This document shows, in pieces, positions 62,224 to 64,000 of a stretch of 64,000 nucleotides of DNA. Both the position numbers and the translations under genes were made by a program. The stretch lies in contig OZ253576.1 in the NCBI GenBank assembly GCA_965262985.1, positions 5,641,213 through 5,705,212 of the forward strand, given 5' to 3'. Every line of letters begins with the position of its first letter. The stretch's first letter is position 1. The notes below the pieces were generated by a model. The model was not told where the DNA came from, did not search any database, and saw nothing but the letters and a program-made list of their open reading frames with translations. The stretch is from Vicinamibacterales bacterium. GTDB taxonomy: Bacteria > Acidobacteriota > Vicinamibacteria > Vicinamibacterales > UBA8438.

Positions 62224-62426
62224 CCGCGCGTAGGCGGCCTCTACCTTGTTCTGGACCACGTACGCCAGCGCCGCCTCGATGACCTCGCGCGGGTGGTCCG
62301 TCTTCTCGGCCGCGCAGTCCCGGAAGCTGGATCTGAAACCGTGCGACACGGCGGCGGGTGCCGTGTCGTCCGATTTCAGGGCGTCATCTGAGTGTCACCA
62401 AGACGTCAATCGTCGTCCCAAGGGCC
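62224..62426. repeat. 203-bp direct repeat, copy 2
   Basis: Matches 36069-36271. Confidence 0.92.
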
Positions 62427-62722
62427 CCGGCAATGCGTGACAGAGCGGCTGCAGAGCCGGGTTTGCGCCCGCGTTCGATCTCGGACAGGTACCCCGCGGC
62501 GATTCCCGTTCGCGCGGCCAGATCACGCAAGGTGATGCCGAGATGGGTTCGAAACGCGACGATCGGGCGCGTGCCCTGCATGATGGCCAACGCCACCTCG
62601 TGCGGGATTCGGCTCCCATCATCTGCGTCGAGCGCGGCTACCTGATCCTCAAGCGCTTCCTTCTCGGCGAGCAAGGCTTCGTACTGCGCTCGTGTCAGCG
62701 TAATGGTGTCGGTATCAGTCAT
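62384..62722 (-). CDS. XRE-family HTH antitoxin (HigA-like)
   Basis: LGITLRDLAARTGIAAGYLSEIERGRKPGS; ATGA-coupled to an upstream toxin remnant. Confidence 0.85.
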   Translation of the reverse strand: MTDTDTITLTRAQYEALLAEKEALEDQVAALDADDGSRIPHEVALAIMQGTRPIVAFRTHLGITLRDLAARTGIAAGYLSEIERGRKPGSAAALSRIAGALGTTIDVLVTLR

Positions 62723-62823
62723 ACGCTTCGCTCCGGTGCCGAACTCTCAGAACCACCAGTACGGTGATCGTGTTGGTTTCAACGCTGAAGAGAACCCGAT
62801 TGCTACCAATCCGTAGCCCCCCC
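62715..62823 (-). pseudogene. C-terminal part of a RelE-type toxin, disrupted by IS3
   Basis: LRIGSNRVLF...ITVLVVLRVRHRSEAYD*. Confidence 0.75.
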
Positions 62824-64000
62824 TGTGCCAATAATCTGTGAGACAACCTCCCTGTTGAGTTTAGTGTAGGGGCGGGAGAGGTTGGAGAGATGACGCGCAT
62901 GCCAGACACGGTGGAGATCGAAGTGGTTGCGGGGTCGGGGGTGGAGGGAGCCCGGAGGGCGACCGGAGGCCCCGACCCCGCAACCACGTTGCCGGCCCGT
63001 GCCCCGGACCCGGAGGTGCCGGCGACGGTCCAGCGGCTGCGCTTCTCGGCTGCGTATCGGCTGCGCATTCTCAAGGCCGTCGACGCGTGCAAGAAGCCCG
63101 GCGAGGTGGGCGCCCTGTTGCGTCGCGAGGGGTTGTATTCGTCGCTCCTGACGAACTGGCGGCGGCAGCGTGAGGCGGGCGCCCTGCGGGAGATGCGCGG
63201 GCGCCGCCGGGGTCCAACGCCGCGCCCCGTCGACCCGCGGGTGACTCAGCTCGAGGCGGAGAACCGCCGGCTGCAGCGGAAGTTGCAGCGCGCGGAGACG
63301 ATCATCACGCTCCAAAAAAAACCGAGCTCCTGGGGATCCCCCTGTCACCGCTCGACGAGGACGAGACCGACTGATGCAGGCCATTACGACCATCGCCACG
63401 CCAGGTGAGACGGCGGCGCTGTGTCACAGCGTCGGGGTGTCGCGGGCAACGCACTATCGACAGCGGCGGCCCGCGCCGCCGCCGCGCCCGCAGCCGCCAT
63501 CGCCGCGCGCGCTGGGTCCCACCGAACGCCAGGCGGTCCTCGACGTGCTGCACAGCCCGCGGTTCGTCGACCAGTCGCCCACCGAGGTTCATGCCACGTT
63601 GCTCGAGGAGCAGACCTACCTCTGCTCCCCGCGCACGATGTATCGCGTGCTCGCCGCGGCCCACGAAGTGCGCGAGCGGCGCGCACAGGCCCGGCATCCG
63701 GCCTATGCCGCCCCCGAGCTGGTCGCGACGGGCCCGAAGCAGGTCTGGTCCTGGGATATCATCAAGCTCAAGGGCCCGGTTCCGTATCTCTACTACTCGC
63801 TCTATGTGATCCTCGACCTCTTCAGCCGCTACGTCGTGGGCTGGATGGTCGCCCGGCACGAGAATGCGCACCTGGCCGAGCGCCTGCTGGCGGCGACCTG
63901 CGCGAAGCAGGGCATCACGCCGCACCAACTCACCATTCACGCGGACCGCGGTGCGCCCATGCGCAGCACACTCGTCGCGCTGCTCTTCTCGGACCTGGGT
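62824..64000 (+). mobile_element. IS3-family element (orfA from 62890, orfB from 63374), runs off the window
   Basis: 5'-TG end; orfA HTH (LLRREGLYSSLLTNWRRQ); A8 tract at 63314-63321; orfB rve motifs VWSWDI, VILDLFSRYVVGW, HADRG. Confidence 0.92.

Noticed and set aside
31054-62823. RelE N-terminal piece (31054-31191) and C-terminal piece (62715-62823) as halves of one gene
   Set aside because: On the minus strand the C-terminal piece lies upstream of the N-terminal one, and they abut different IS types. Two separate broken toxins is simpler, though I cannot exclude it without homolog alignment.

Overview
GC-rich bacterial window with a mosaic layout. The gene repertoire resembles host-associated (for example sponge-symbiont) Acidobacteria-like genomes, but that is inference only. 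(1) 1-11.6 kb is accessory debris: P4-type integrase tails, a DUF6946-like gene cut by an IS1595 with cargo, an internally deleted IS66, REP palindromes, two 5'-truncated Calx-beta/beta-barrel surface-protein paralogs fused back-to-back as a ~2.2 kb inverted repeat, and an isolated fumA fragment. (2) 11.6-27.0 kb is metabolic: amidohydrolase, EamA transporter, methyltransferase, and a complete form I aerobic CO dehydrogenase cluster (XdhC-like x2, MocA-like, coxD-E-G-M-S-L). (3) 27.1-64 kb is a defence island: two convergent Menshen-like modules, an ATPase plus ATPase-wHTH-TPR pair, tandem DUF4338-IS4 elements nested in an IS1182-like relic, a Swt1/HEPN-like pseudogene, DUF3800, a broken RelE/XRE toxin-antitoxin pair and an IS3. 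The main discovery is a six-gene, mostly overlapping operon at 46490-59506 that is hidden because three IS insertions split it. Removing each IS and one copy of its target duplication restores three in-frame genes, giving ParB-like A, a small PD-(D/E)xK-like protein, a SNF2 helicase, ParB-like B, a cobalamin-type radical SAM enzyme and a GHKL ATPase. I do not recognise this combination as a named system. It is a candidate radical-SAM DNA-modification/defence system. No tRNA, rRNA or CRISPR array was found.
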